DNA of 63,830 nucleotides, counting the filler. It is 7 parts of 7 records of this genome, joined end to end, with 100 filler letters (N's around TTAATTAATTAA, not from the genome) between each part and the next. Parts side by side here need not be neighbours in the genome. Positions count along the whole stretch, not along the records: positions 41,729 to 48,820 come from SRR31147125_11617; positions 48,921 to 56,674 come from SRR31147125_11621; 5 more parts are not named here. The stretch is one strand, 5' to 3'. This document shows, in pieces, positions 41,960 to 53,079 of this stretch. Every line of letters starts with the position of its first letter. The first letter of the stretch is position 1. The position numbers and the translations under genes were made by a program. The notes beneath the pieces are model-generated. The model was given only the letters and a program-made list of their open reading frames with translations, was not told the DNA's origin and searched no databases.

Positions 41960-43536
41960 TTTACAGGGGATTTTTTAGTTATGTATTTACTTGGTTTAAT
42001 AATTTTGTTGAATTTTGTTTCATCTTTTAATTGAATTCCGTCAATGGCTTTTCTTAAATCTTCACTAGGCTTTATAATATTAAACTGTCCCCAGAATTCA
42101 GAGTCATAATCTTCAATTATTTCAGTAAAAATATCATCAGAAGAGAACCTTTCTTCACGCTCAAAACGTTTCAACTTTGTTCTCTCGTGATTAGTAATCA
42201 ATAAGTCCGAAAGACTGTGAAAAACTGAATTTATTTTGTCTCGTTTACTCTTAACCTTAAATTTCACAGAAGTTTTGGCTGTACTTAAATGCCACTTCCC
42301 ATTCGTTTCTTTATACGATACCTCATATTTCAAATCTAAAGGGCGAACATTAATGGTTTTTGGTTTTTTTCGTATTAACGACCTACGTGCTACTTTTTTC
42401 CCATCACGCCCCAATTCAAATTCAGCATGCAGTAAAGCGTAAGTTTTCTTATCAATAATTAGTTTTCCTTCATAACTAAGAAAGTTCATTTTTCCTACTG
42501 GGCGAAAACTAATAATATAAGCAGGTCGACCTAAGTATTTAATCAATCGTTCTGTCTGATATTCATATAAATTTCGGTACTCAGGATCTAAAAAAGTATC
42601 CATTGTCTTTATCACATCTAACTTGGTAATGTAGTATGGACCACCTTGCATTTTAAAATCAACCCATTTGAATGGCGAAACCTCATGACTCTTTCTTCCT
42701 TTCAAGTATCGAATACGATCTTCTCGTAGTACAGACTCGTAAGAAGTTTTCAAAATATTTAAAACAGCCTCCGAAACATTGATGTATTTCTCATCCTGAA
42801 GAAGTACTTCACGATAAAATCCGGTCATTAAAAAGGATTCGAATGGATAATTCAATCGAATATTTTCCAACATCTGATCAATGACTATCAATGGATCAAC
42901 AGCTGTAACCTTAATCTCCTGTAAACGAATATCAATAGGTCTTAGGGCAATACTTAGCTTTGATGTGTTGAGTGTGTCCAATTCAATAAACAACTGATTG
43001 TAGCCTAAGCATGAAATTACCAGCGTATCCATTTTATGTTCAGACTTTATTTTCAAATCAAAGTCACCATCAACATTGGTAATTGTTCCTATTGGTTTTC
43101 CCAGAATAGAAATACTGGCATATGGGATCGGTTTTTTATTAAACCTATTTTCTATACGTCCAGACATTTTAATGTATCCATGCAATACACTGTTACTTCT
43201 TTTTCCATTAATTCGGGCAATTGGTTTTGTAATAATTACCTGATTTTGTAGAACCTTGAAATCATATTCATTAAGAAAAATTTCGTTAAGGATTTCTTCA
43301 GTTTTTCTATTATTAAATTCAAATGAGACAACCTTCTGATCATTAAAAACTGTTGGGTCATAGGAAAAGGAAAGTCCTGTTTTTGAAAAAATCTTATCCA
43401 GGACTTCTTTTAATGTTTGTTCATTGGCTTTAAGGCTAATTTCTTTATCCAAAACCGGATTCCTTTTATTCTGGGCAATACCTTGTGAGTAAATACACAA
43501 AATGATAAGGCAAACTATTTTGAATTTTTGAAGCAT
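41956..43536 (-). CDS. STN + carboxypeptidase-regulatory-like domain protein
   Basis: STN-like LDKEISL...LSFSYD, then PIPYASISI...GTITNVDGDF and GFYRE. Confidence 0.85.
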   Translation of the reverse strand: MLQKFKIVCLIILCIYSQGIAQNKRNPVLDKEISLKANEQTLKEVLDKIFSKTGLSFSYDPTVFNDQKVVSFEFNNRKTEEILNEIFLNEYDFKVLQNQVIITKPIARINGKRSNSVLHGYIKMSGRIENRFNKKPIPYASISILGKPIGTITNVDGDFDLKIKSEHKMDTLVISCLGYNQLFIELDTLNTSKLSIALRPIDIRLQEIKVTAVDPLIVIDQMLENIRLNYPFESFLMTGFYREVLLQDEKYINVSEAVLNILKTSYESVLREDRIRYLKGRKSHEVSPFKWVDFKMQGGPYYITKLDVIKTMDTFLDPEYRNLYEYQTERLIKYLGRPAYIISFRPVGKMNFLSYEGKLIIDKKTYALLHAEFELGRDGKKVARRSLIRKKPKTINVRPLDLKYEVSYKETNGKWHLSTAKTSVKFKVKSKRDKINSVFHSLSDLLITNHERTKLKRFEREERFSSDDIFTEIIEDYDSEFWGQFNIIKPSEDLRKAIDGIQLKDETKFNKIIKPSKYITKKSPVK

Positions 43537-45095
43537 TAGAAAACTTTTTTAAGATGGAACGTTGTTTTAATTTCCTGCCCATCTCTCAATACCTTCAAGT
43601 TTATTTTTCTGTTTTCTTTGCTTTGAAGAATAAGATTAATATCATTCAACGACAATGACTTGTGGTGTGTGTTGTTTAGAGTCAAAATCTGATCACGTTC
43701 CATTAAGCCTGCAAAAAAAGCAGGGGAATCTTTTCGAACTTTATCGATTGTAAAAATTGGAACACCAGGCATTGGGCTACTAATATCAATTCCACTCATA
43801 TTGTAATTGAAGTGTTCTTTTACCTTATTTGTTGGTCGCAACTTCATTTGTTTGTTTGGATAATCTAATGTAACATAAAACCTTCTCAAAACTTCAGCTC
43901 CAAGTGTTCCGTTCCTGTCATTTTTATTAATCAAACTTTCTATCAACTCATCCTCAGGGTATGAAACGATTGGCTCATAAAGTACAATTGGTCCAACCCA
44001 AATTCCACCAATTCGCCCTTTCTTCCCGTACAAGTCTCCATTTAGACCTCTTCCTAAAAATGTTTCAATATGATTTTCAGGCAGTCCAATTCTGTCATCC
44101 GATTTAGTCGATAGCCATATGGCATCACTGGCTCCGGTATCAACCAATAGTTTTACAGGCACATCTTCATTTTTGTCGGTCACAATTGTTGTCCGCACAT
44201 AAGGTTTGTTGTGCTCAAAATGAAGTGGCATCACAATGTCATTATTTTTAACTCTGCTTTTATAAAATTCAGGTTTTGTGAGGGTCAATTTTGATTCATT
44301 ATAATCAATCTCAACAACAAAATCTTTAAATAAATTGAAGCCAATTAAACCGTGGACAGGAACTCCAAGAATCTGGGAAATCTGAAAATTGTCGTCGATA
44401 ATCATTTGAATTTCTTGATTTCTTGCAATAAGTCCATCAATTTTAATGGTGTTATTCCCCGACTTATATGCTGTTAGAGCTTCTCCATCTCCTAAACCCT
44501 TAATGTCAATTGGCTGCATGAAGTTAAGATTTAACTTATTGACGTATGGTAGCTCTGTAATCATAGGAAAACGCACACCCGTATCAAGAATAAAATTTAA
44601 GGTGTCAGATTCATTAATAATAACTGGAATGATTACCAGATTACTTGCAGATTTAAAATTGAATGTAACTGATTTTCGATTCTCATTTTCGAACTCAAAC
44701 CTATTTAAGCTAGGCTTAAAGCGCATTTTCTCTTCAAATTTTTCACTTTCAGACATTGGCACATAATCACGAACAACTAATAGATTATCTTCAATTTCGA
44801 AAATGAGGTAGTAATCCTTCATCAATTTGTCCAACAAAAAACGCATCGGTTTATTGGAAACATTGAGACTAATCTGTTTCCCCTCAACCAATTTTGAGTT
44901 GTACGAATAATCAAGGTCAAAATAGTTGCAAATACGATGAATAACATCTGAAAGAGATTCTTCTTCAGCATAAATACTGATATGTTGATCCAATACATTA
45001 TCCGGTCTGTCTTGAGCGTTAATATTGAAAACTGTGAGAAACAACACTAAAGTTATATAAAGCTTACTTTTTGTAATATCTACTTTTGTTTTCAT
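43536..45095 (-). CDS. STN-like domain + double retropepsin-like aspartyl protease + PDZ
   Basis: STN-like LDQHISI...LDYSYN; FILDTG and LLVDTG; PDZ DSPAFFAGLMERDQI. Confidence 0.85.
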   Translation of the reverse strand: MKTKVDITKSKLYITLVLFLTVFNINAQDRPDNVLDQHISIYAEEESLSDVIHRICNYFDLDYSYNSKLVEGKQISLNVSNKPMRFLLDKLMKDYYLIFEIEDNLLVVRDYVPMSESEKFEEKMRFKPSLNRFEFENENRKSVTFNFKSASNLVIIPVIINESDTLNFILDTGVRFPMITELPYVNKLNLNFMQPIDIKGLGDGEALTAYKSGNNTIKIDGLIARNQEIQMIIDDNFQISQILGVPVHGLIGFNLFKDFVVEIDYNESKLTLTKPEFYKSRVKNNDIVMPLHFEHNKPYVRTTIVTDKNEDVPVKLLVDTGASDAIWLSTKSDDRIGLPENHIETFLGRGLNGDLYGKKGRIGGIWVGPIVLYEPIVSYPEDELIESLINKNDRNGTLGAEVLRRFYVTLDYPNKQMKLRPTNKVKEHFNYNMSGIDISSPMPGVPIFTIDKVRKDSPAFFAGLMERDQILTLNNTHHKSLSLNDINLILQSKENRKINLKVLRDGQEIKTTFHLKKVF

Positions 45096-45114
45096 TTCTC
45101 AGCTGGTTAAATGT

Positions 45115-46140
45115 TTATGATTTCTTTTTAAGAAAATAACATTTATTTTCTTCATATACCTCAATGTCAAACGTCAACGAAATAACTTCAAGAACAAAAT
45201 CTATCGAATGATTTTCGAAATGCCCTGTATACTTCAACTCTGTAAGGTCGGGCTCAACAGTCTTAATCTGAATATTGTATATTTTACATAGTTGCTTTAT
45301 TACCTCATCAAGAGAAGTTTCACTAAAAATTAAGTGGCGAGTTTTCCAGGAAATAAAATTAGGATCCTGATTATGCATTTTCAGTAATTCTCTACTAGCA
45401 TTAACAAAAATCCCTTTGTCTCCAGGGTCAAGGATCAATTCTTTTCCTTGTATTTCATTCATTTCTTCTGAATAAAATTGAACTTTCCCTGTAGATACAA
45501 TAACCTCTACTTGTGCATTTCCAGGATAGGCATTAACATTAAAGCTGGTTCCAAGAACTTTAATTTTGGCATCGCCAGCATGAATAATGAAAGGCTTATC
45601 AGGATCGGGAACAACATCAAAAAATGCTTCTCCTTCAATAAATACTTCCCTCTTATCGGCAGTAAAAGTATCTGGATAGTCAATTCTGGAATCTCTGTTT
45701 AAAGTAACAAGTGACCCATCCGGCAATTCAACATTTCTGATCTCATAATCGTATGAAGCAAATTCGGTTTTCTCAGTATTTGATTTTATATCTTGAGAGA
45801 AAAACCAAACTGAACCAATTACTAAAGCAAGAACAAGAATTGCAGCAATGCTTAAGAAATTAGCAATTTTTGCTGGTTTGAAGAACCTTACTTTTAATTT
45901 GCCCCGATTCTTCACCTGCTCTAAAGCTTTTTCTGAATTATATTTTTTCAGTTTATAATGAAGGTTTATTTTTCCTGCAACCTTGTCAATTTCTTCAAAA
46001 TCAGCGATATCAAAGGTTTTTAAATCATTCATTAAAACCTTCTCTTCTTCAGCACTCAAATTCCCAAATGATTTTCGGGCTAGTGCATTCCATTCTTCTT
46101 TACTGATATTTCTTTTTTCTTCCATCTGCTTATAAGACAT
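45115..46140 (-). CDS. FecR-family anti-sigma factor
   Basis: Single TM; LPDGSLVTLN, EGEAFFDV and VLGTSFNV. Confidence 0.93.
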   Translation of the reverse strand: MSYKQMEEKRNISKEEWNALARKSFGNLSAEEEKVLMNDLKTFDIADFEEIDKVAGKINLHYKLKKYNSEKALEQVKNRGKLKVRFFKPAKIANFLSIAAILVLALVIGSVWFFSQDIKSNTEKTEFASYDYEIRNVELPDGSLVTLNRDSRIDYPDTFTADKREVFIEGEAFFDVVPDPDKPFIIHAGDAKIKVLGTSFNVNAYPGNAQVEVIVSTGKVQFYSEEMNEIQGKELILDPGDKGIFVNASRELLKMHNQDPNFISWKTRHLIFSETSLDEVIKQLCKIYNIQIKTVEPDLTELKYTGHFENHSIDFVLEVISLTFDIEVYEENKCYFLKKKS

Positions 46141-46158
46141 GGGTAGTTACAAATACCC

Positions 46159-46745
46159 CTAATTATTCAATTTCATTTTTATAACTATTAGTAAACCAAT
46201 AATATAATCCTTATAATCTTTCAACATTTCTCGGAGTTGCTTTAATGCAAATCCCATTTGAGCTTCTACAGTTTTAACAGAGATTCCCAATTGATCTGCA
46301 ATCTCTCTGTATTTAAGTCCTTCTTCCCTGCTCATCTTAAAAATCTCTCTTCTTTTTCTGGAAGTGCATTTATGCTGGCTTCAATTTTCTCAACTAAACC
46401 AAATTCCATAAAAAAGGATTGTCCAAAATCTTCTTTTGCTTCTTCTTTTATCTTTTGCGCATATTTCTGCCTAATTTTTAAATGCTGAAGCTGATTTATA
46501 CATTGATTTTTTACGGATCGAAGGAGGTATTGTTTAAATGAAGTTTCAATTGTGAGTTCTTTTCGTTTACTCCAAATCTTCACAAACATATCCTGAACAA
46601 CCTCTTCTGCTTTTTCATCGTCTTCCATATACTGACGGGCAAACAAGCAGAGGGATGGATAATATCTGTGAAATAGAATCTCAAAAGCTCTTTCATCACC
46701 TTTCTTTAAAAGGTAATATAGTTCTTTGTCAGCTGATTTTTTCAT
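46159..46745 (-). CDS. ECF sigma-70 factor, 1-nt frameshift in an A-run near 46355
   Basis: Region 2 AEEVVQDMFVKIW; one added A restores region 4 PEKRREIFKMSREEGLKYREIADQLGISVKTVE. Confidence 0.92.
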
Positions 46746-46891
46746 AAGTTTTTGAACAAAAACAAAGCGTTTTTGCTAAGATATTAAAAATAAAAGATGC
46801 TTCAATAGAAGAAAACCCTTAAGCCTTAATTAAATTTTTATAACAGCTTAAAGCTGCTATTTTTGTATGTAAACAAATAAATGATGAAATA

Positions 46892-48259
46892 ATGAAGAAT
46901 ATAACCTGGAATTTCACAAGAGCTTTTTGGGTAGCTAATGTGGTTGAACTATTCGAAAGGGCAGCTTATTATGGTGTATTTATTGTTATTACTCTTTATT
47001 TGTCGAGAGTTTTAGGTTTTAATGATGTAGAGGCAGCATGGATTTCTGGTTCTTTTTCTGCAGGTTTATACTTTCTTCCAACATTTGCGGGAGCAATTGC
47101 CGATAAAATTGGTTTTAGAAAATCAATTATACTTGCTTTTAGCCTTCTGACAATTGGGTATGCCGGGATGGGCATACTTCCTACAATGCTTGAATCATCG
47201 GGCTTGGTTACGTATGGTATGGAAACAAGCTTTTCAGGGTTAATTGAAAGTAATGAAAAATGGATTATTGTTCCAATTATGATAGTGATTATGATTGGAG
47301 GTTCGTTTATTAAATCGTGTATTACCGGTACAGTTGCACGTGAAACAACTGAACAAAACAGAGCACGAGGTTACTCTCTTTTTTATATGATGGTGAATAT
47401 TGGAGCTTTTTCAGGCAAAACCATTGTAAAACCACTTCGTGAAGCATTGGGAAACGAAGGATTAGTGTTGTTGAACTATTTTTCGGCTGGAATGACCCTA
47501 CTTGCGTTAATACTGGTTGTTTTCTTTTATAAATCGACTTATAAAGGAGGTGAAGGAAAATCATTTCGAGAATTGGGCAATGCTCTCTTAAAAATTATTC
47601 TGAACGGAAGGTTGATTACGTTAATTCTTATCATTACTGGTTTTTGGATGGTTCAGCACCAGCTATATGCAACTATGCCAAAATATGTATTGCGACTAGC
47701 TGGTGAACACAATGCGGTATCTTGGTTTGCAAATGTAAATCCTGCGGTAGTTGTCCTTACAGTAGGGATTGTAACACAACTTATGCGTAAACGAACGTCA
47801 CTTTTCAGTATGACAGTTGGAATGTTTATAATGCCAATTTCTGCTTTGGCAATGGCCTCTGGAAATTTACTTGGCGATGCTTATATTCTTGGCTTACATC
47901 CTGTGGCATCAATGATGATAGTTGGAATTGTATTTCAAGGGTTGGCCGAAACATTTATTTCGCCACGTTTCCTTGAATATTTCTCATTGCAAGCTCCAAA
48001 AGGCGAAGAGGGCTTGTATCTCGGATTTAGTCACTTGCATTCATTTATATCATCATTATTAGGTTTTGGTTTGTCGGGGTATTTACTTTCAAAATACTGT
48101 CCTGATCCAAAACACTTCGCATCGACTGAAGCTTGGAAAGAAGCTACAGTAAATGCCCATTATATCTGGTATTACTTTGTTGGCATTGCACTTATTTCTG
48201 CTGTTGCCTTAATCATCTATGGGAAAATAGTAAGGCAGATTGATGAAAAACAATCTTAA
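46892..48259 (+). CDS. MFS transporter, POT/peptide-transporter-like
   Basis: ExxER motif VELFERAAYYG and YSLFYMMVNIG. Confidence 0.88.
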   Translation: MKNITWNFTRAFWVANVVELFERAAYYGVFIVITLYLSRVLGFNDVEAAWISGSFSAGLYFLPTFAGAIADKIGFRKSIILAFSLLTIGYAGMGILPTMLESSGLVTYGMETSFSGLIESNEKWIIVPIMIVIMIGGSFIKSCITGTVARETTEQNRARGYSLFYMMVNIGAFSGKTIVKPLREALGNEGLVLLNYFSAGMTLLALILVVFFYKSTYKGGEGKSFRELGNALLKIILNGRLITLILIITGFWMVQHQLYATMPKYVLRLAGEHNAVSWFANVNPAVVVLTVGIVTQLMRKRTSLFSMTVGMFIMPISALAMASGNLLGDAYILGLHPVASMMIVGIVFQGLAETFISPRFLEYFSLQAPKGEEGLYLGFSHLHSFISSLLGFGLSGYLLSKYCPDPKHFASTEAWKEATVNAHYIWYYFVGIALISAVALIIYGKIVRQIDEKQS

Positions 48260-48322
48260 TCTAACATACGTTTATAGACATTGATTCATAATCTTCAAGT
48301 TAAATTCTTTAAAAAAATTATT

Positions 48323-48820
48323 ATGAAAAAAATTAAATTAACCGTCTTAGCCAGCGCTATGGCAATTTCAATCTTACTTACAAGTTGTTTTGGATCTTTT
48401 AAGTTAACTCAGGATTTATACGAATGGAATGATTCCCTCGGTGATAAATGGGTTAATTCCCTCGTTTTCTTTGGACTACTTATTGTTCCTGTATATGAAG
48501 TTGCATCTGCAATTGATTTTCTGGTACTGAATACGGTGGAATTTTGGAGCGGTGATAACCCAATGAGTTTTGATGGTAAAAAGAAACTGGAAAAGATTGT
48601 TGAAAAAGACAACAGTACATATAAAATTACGGCAAAGCGAAACAGTATTCTTATTGAAGGAATTGCCGGAGTTGATCTTGGCAAGAAAGTGAAATTGAAA
48701 ATAGACGAACAAAAAAAGCAACTTTTCTTAGAAAAAGAAGGCGAACTTATTAAACTGGCCGAGTTCGATGAAATTGCTCAGACTATAAATATTTTCAAGC
48801 CTGACGGTAGCTCTACAGCT
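48323..48820 (+). CDS. DUF3332-like lipoprotein, 3'-truncated
   Basis: Lipobox LLTSC, then FGSFKLT...PVYE...NTVEFWSGDNP. Confidence 0.8.
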
Positions 48821-48920
48821 NNNNNNNNNNNNNNNNNNNNNNNNNNNNNNNNNNNNNNNNNNNNTTAATTAATTAANNNNNNNNNNNNNNNNNNNNNNNN
48901 NNNNNNNNNNNNNNNNNNNN
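48821..48920. other. Artificial contig linker
   Basis: N-run + TTAATTAATTAA + N-run. Confidence 0.99.
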
Positions 48921-50151
48921 GAGAACAAGCCTCGATGAATTCCTGAGATTGCCAGAATCTCCGGAAGAATTCACAAACAACAAAACAGTCAAAGGCACAC
49001 AGCTTATCGATCCATTGTTTGAGTTCTCCGGTGCATGCCCAGGTTGCGGTGAAACTCCTTACATTAAACTGGCAACACAGCTTGTCGGTAATCATATGAT
49101 TCAGGCAAACGCAACTGGTTGTTCTTCAATCTACGGCGGTACAGCTCCAACAGTTCCTTATTCCAAGGACAAAAACGGACACGGTCCTGCTTGGGCTTCT
49201 TCACTGTTTGAAGACAACGCAGAATACGGCCTCGGTATGCGTCTTGGTGTCGAGTACTTGCAGGAAATCGCTCTTACTCTTAAAAACGAACTTTTGGCAG
49301 ATGGTGGAACAGATGCACAACTGAAAGAACTTCTCGGTGCAATCGATTCTGTTGAAGCTCAGGCTGATCCGGCAGTTTACAAAACATCGAAGGATGCCGC
49401 AGAAAAAATCAAAGTGCTTCTTAAAGACGCCAAAGAAGGAACAAAAGAAGCCAAACTTAGAGATCATGCTTCGTATCTGACTGAAATCACTGTCTTTATC
49501 GTCGGTGGTGATGGTTGGGCATATGACATCGGTTATGGTGGTCTTGATCATGTCCTCGCATCAGGCAAAAACGTAAACATTCTCGTTATGGACACCGAAG
49601 TTTACTCAAACACAGGTGGTCAGAGATCAAAAGCTACCTTCATGGGTGGTGTAGCCAAGTTTGCCGCAGCCGGTAAAGAAAACCACAAAAAAGACCTCGG
49701 CATGATGGCGATGAACTATCGCAGCGTATATGTCGCAAGCACCAACTTCTCGGCTGACATGAATCAGGCGATCAAGGGTATGCGCGAAGCCATCGAATAT
49801 CCGGGAACATCACTGATTATCGGATTCTCGACTTGCATCGAGCACGGTGTAAGAATGAACAAGGGTCCACAATACGCCAAAGCAGCACTCGATTGCGGTT
49901 ACTGGCTAAATTATCGTTACGATCCGAGAAAACTCGCAGAAGGCAAAAATCCGCTTATGATGGATTCCAAAGAACCGACAGGAAGCCTTATCGACTTCCT
50001 GAAATCAGAAAGACGTTTTGCTCGTTTGGTAGATGAACGTCCGGAGCGCGCAGGTTCCTTGTTTGCCGAGGCCGAAAGATTCGTAACAAACAGATTCAAC
50101 TACTACAAGACCCTTGCTGACATGTCGTTTGATGAATGGAAACGAGGCTAG
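48921..50151 (+). CDS. nifJ: Pyruvate:ferredoxin/flavodoxin oxidoreductase, C-terminal TPP domain, 5'-truncated
   Basis: EFSGACPGCGETPY, GGDGWAYDIG and YSNTGGQ. Confidence 0.94.
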
Positions 50152-50195
50152 AGATTTCTATTGCGGCTTGCAGACATGTCGTTTGATGAATGGAA
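50113..50195 (+). repeat. 29-nt direct repeat duplicating the PFOR 3' end
   Basis: CTTGCWGACATGTCGTTTGATGAATGGAA at 50113-50141 and 50167-50195, one mismatch. Confidence 0.9.
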
Positions 50196-50242
50196 GGTTA
50201 ATATCAAGTTTGGAATCAATTGATTCTTTACAGAAAAATCAG

Positions 50243-50260
50243 GGTAAATAATTATTTACC
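50243..50260. promoter_or_regulatory. Perfect 18-bp palindrome, putative operator
   Basis: GGTAAATAATTATTTACC; a 14/18 copy lies at 50330-50347. Confidence 0.5.
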
Positions 50261-50268
50261 GCAATTAT

Positions 50269-50291
50269 CATGCCGGGCTTGACCCGGCATG
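50269..50291. repeat. GC-rich hairpin, REP-like or terminator
   Basis: CATGCCGGG-CTTGA-CCCGGCATG followed by a T-run. Confidence 0.6.
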
Positions 50292-50395
50292 TTTTTATGG
50301 TATTTTATAGTCCCCGAAAGAAATGTTTCGGGAATTTATAATTTACCAAAAATGTATCTGGCAGCTGTTTCGATTTTAACACGAGGAGGACCAAC

Positions 50396-51372
50396 ATGCC
50401 CAAATCCCTTGAAGTTCTCGAAGAGGAGTCGGAAAACTTATTCAGCCTTTCGACATGGACGAATTCAGAGCTTTCAATCGTGAAAAAGAAAAAGCTCTTG
50501 TCGATAAGCGTATGGATGAAAGCGAAGCTATCAAGAAGTTCATTCACGAAAACGACTATGTCGGAATAGAACTTTACGGCACAGTGCGCTGTCCTATGTC
50601 GCTTACTCGTGAGATTATCAGACAAGGATACACAAAGCTGCGAACAGCAGGACAGGGTGTTTATGAATCTGATCTTTTAGCCGCTGCAAACTGCATCAAG
50701 GAAATGGACTGGACCTACATCGGTCTTGAAGTTTACGGAGTGTCGAGCAATTTACGCCGCACTGTAGAATCCGGTTATGTCGAATCGATCTGCGAATGGT
50801 CGAATGCCGCTCTCGCATGGAGATTCAAAGCCGCTGCAATGGGAGTGCCGTTTTTGCCGGTAAGATCGATGCTTGGAACAGACACTTTGAAATATTCGGC
50901 AGCCAAAGTCATCGAATGTCCGTTTACAGGTGAACCGATAGCACTGATCCCAGCTCTTGTACTCGATGTTGGAGTTATCCACGTTAACCGCGCCGACAAG
51001 TTTGGTAATTGCCAAATAGATGGAATTACCGGTTTCGCAGCAGAGATGGCAAGAGCATCGAAGCGACTTATCATCTCCGCCGAGGAAATAGTCTCGGACG
51101 AGGAAATCCGCAAGCAACCTGATAAAACGATAATTCCATACTATCTCGTCGATGCAGTTGTTCACGCTCCATTCGGTTCGCATCCGGGTGAGATGAACGG
51201 AGTTTACGAGCGGGATGAAACGCACATAAAGACTTATTACGAAGACTCGAAAGACGCCGGAAAAACGAAAGACTATCTCGACAAATGGGTATATGGTGTG
51301 AAAAACCACGAAGAATACCTTGAGCTGGTCGGTAAAGAGACATTAGAGTCTTTGAAGATAAAGGAGGGTTAG
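50396..51372 (+). CDS. Family I CoA-transferase subunit A (GctA/PcaI-like); true start probably 50396 with a 1-nt frameshift near 50425
   Basis: RBS GAGGAGG before ATG 50396; AAAMGVPFLP, ADKFGN and APFGSHP. Confidence 0.88.
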
Positions 51373-51375
51373 GTT

Positions 51376-52143
51376 ATGAGTGAACCAAGATACAATGGAT
51401 CAGAACTGATGATCTGCCTTTCAAGCCGACTAATGAATGACAAATCAACTGCATTTATCGGCACCGGAATTCCAATGTTAGCGGCATCACTTGCCCAAAA
51501 AATGCATGCTCCTGACCTAACGGCTGTCTTTGAATTCGGCGGAACAGGCGCAATCCTCGAAAAGCTTCCTCTGGCAGTTGGTGATATGCGTACCTACAAC
51601 AAGGGACTGCACGCAACTGGAATCTGCGACATTATGGAAACCGCTCAACGCGGGTTTATCGAATATGGGTTTTTAGGCGGTGCGCAGGTCGATCCATATG
51701 GCAACCTGAATACGACCGTAATAGGCGATCACGACAATCCGAAAGTTCGCCTGCCGGGTTCCGGTGGTGGAAACGATGTCGGTTCGGCTTGCTGGCAAAC
51801 GATTTACATTATGCGACAATCGGCAAGAAGCTTTGTTCCCAAAGTCGATTTTCTAACAACTCCCGGATATCTTGACGGACCCGGAGCCCGTGAAAAAGCA
51901 GGACTGCCGAAAAATTCCGGACCATACAGAATCGTCACGAATTTTTGCATACTCGGCTTTGACGATGAAACCAAGCGCATGAAACTTTTGTCACTTAATC
52001 CTGGTGTGACGGTGGATGATGTCGTCAAAAACACGGGCTTTGAACTCATAATCCCTGATACTATCGGACAAAACGAAGAACCGACTGACGCTGAATTAAA
52101 GATTCTCAGAGAAGAAGTCGATAAGGAAAAATATTACATTTAA
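51376..52143 (+). CDS. Family I CoA-transferase subunit B (GctB/PcaJ-like)
   Basis: FIGTGIP, GAQVDPYGNLN and RLPGSGG. Confidence 0.92.
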   Translation: MSEPRYNGSELMICLSSRLMNDKSTAFIGTGIPMLAASLAQKMHAPDLTAVFEFGGTGAILEKLPLAVGDMRTYNKGLHATGICDIMETAQRGFIEYGFLGGAQVDPYGNLNTTVIGDHDNPKVRLPGSGGGNDVGSACWQTIYIMRQSARSFVPKVDFLTTPGYLDGPGAREKAGLPKNSGPYRIVTNFCILGFDDETKRMKLLSLNPGVTVDDVVKNTGFELIIPDTIGQNEEPTDAELKILREEVDKEKYYI

Positions 52144-52173
52144 TCGGGTCAGAAACCCTTAGTTAGACAGAAA

Positions 52174-53079
52174 ATGATACTCAGAAATTTTGATGAACTG
52201 ATCGGAGTTGCCAAAACCCGTGGCAAACGAGTGGTTGCTGTGGCTCGCTCCGAAGATGAACTTGTACTTAAAGGTCTTAAGCTTGCCTATGACGATGGTC
52301 TTATCGAGCCGGTACTTATCGGAAATAAAACAAGCATTAAAAAACTTCTTGATGAGCATGATCTTCCATCATGGCAGATTTATGGTGTCGATGGCGACAA
52401 CGGAGATTGCGCAAAAGCAGCAGTTGGAATAGTCAAGTCCGGTGAGGCTGATTTACTAATGAAGGGCCACATGAATACCGGTACGCTTATCTCTGAAGTA
52501 CTGAACAAAGATACAGGATTGGAGCGTCACGGTATTTTATCTCACATCGCTCTGGTCGAGATTCCAGCTTATCACAAATTATTCGGTACAACTGATGGTG
52601 GACTGACTCTCATGCCGAGCTTCGATCAAAAGGTCGGAATCGTCAAGAATGCCATCAAAACCTTTCATGATCTTGGTTATGAAAAACCTAAAATCGGCCT
52701 GCTTGCCTATGTTGAAAAGGTAAGAAAAAACGATATTGAAACCGGAGACTGGGGCAAAATTGCCGAGATGGCCGATAACGGAGATTTCGGTGAAGCTTGT
52801 GTCGATGGTCCTTTGGCGATGGACTTATGCTTAAGTCAGGAAGCTAAAGAAGTAAAAGAATACGAAAGCGATGTCGCTGCCGATGTGGATGTTATCGTTT
52901 CTCCAAATATTACAGCTTGTAACGCAAGCACTAAAGCTTTGATCCTTATTGGTGGTCGAGGAGCAGGAGTGGTTGTTGGAGCTTCGGCTCCCATCGTTGC
53001 CTTGTCGCGTGGCGATTCACCTCGAATCCGGCTTTGTTCGCTTGCTGCCGGAATTGCAATGTTACCCATGGGCTCATAA
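52174..53079 (+). CDS. ptb: Phosphate butyryl/acyltransferase
   Basis: LLMKG, LSH, VDGPLAMD and LSRGD; adjacent to buk. Confidence 0.85.
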   Translation: MILRNFDELIGVAKTRGKRVVAVARSEDELVLKGLKLAYDDGLIEPVLIGNKTSIKKLLDEHDLPSWQIYGVDGDNGDCAKAAVGIVKSGEADLLMKGHMNTGTLISEVLNKDTGLERHGILSHIALVEIPAYHKLFGTTDGGLTLMPSFDQKVGIVKNAIKTFHDLGYEKPKIGLLAYVEKVRKNDIETGDWGKIAEMADNGDFGEACVDGPLAMDLCLSQEAKEVKEYESDVAADVDVIVSPNITACNASTKALILIGGRGAGVVVGASAPIVALSRGDSPRIRLCSLAAGIAMLPMGS

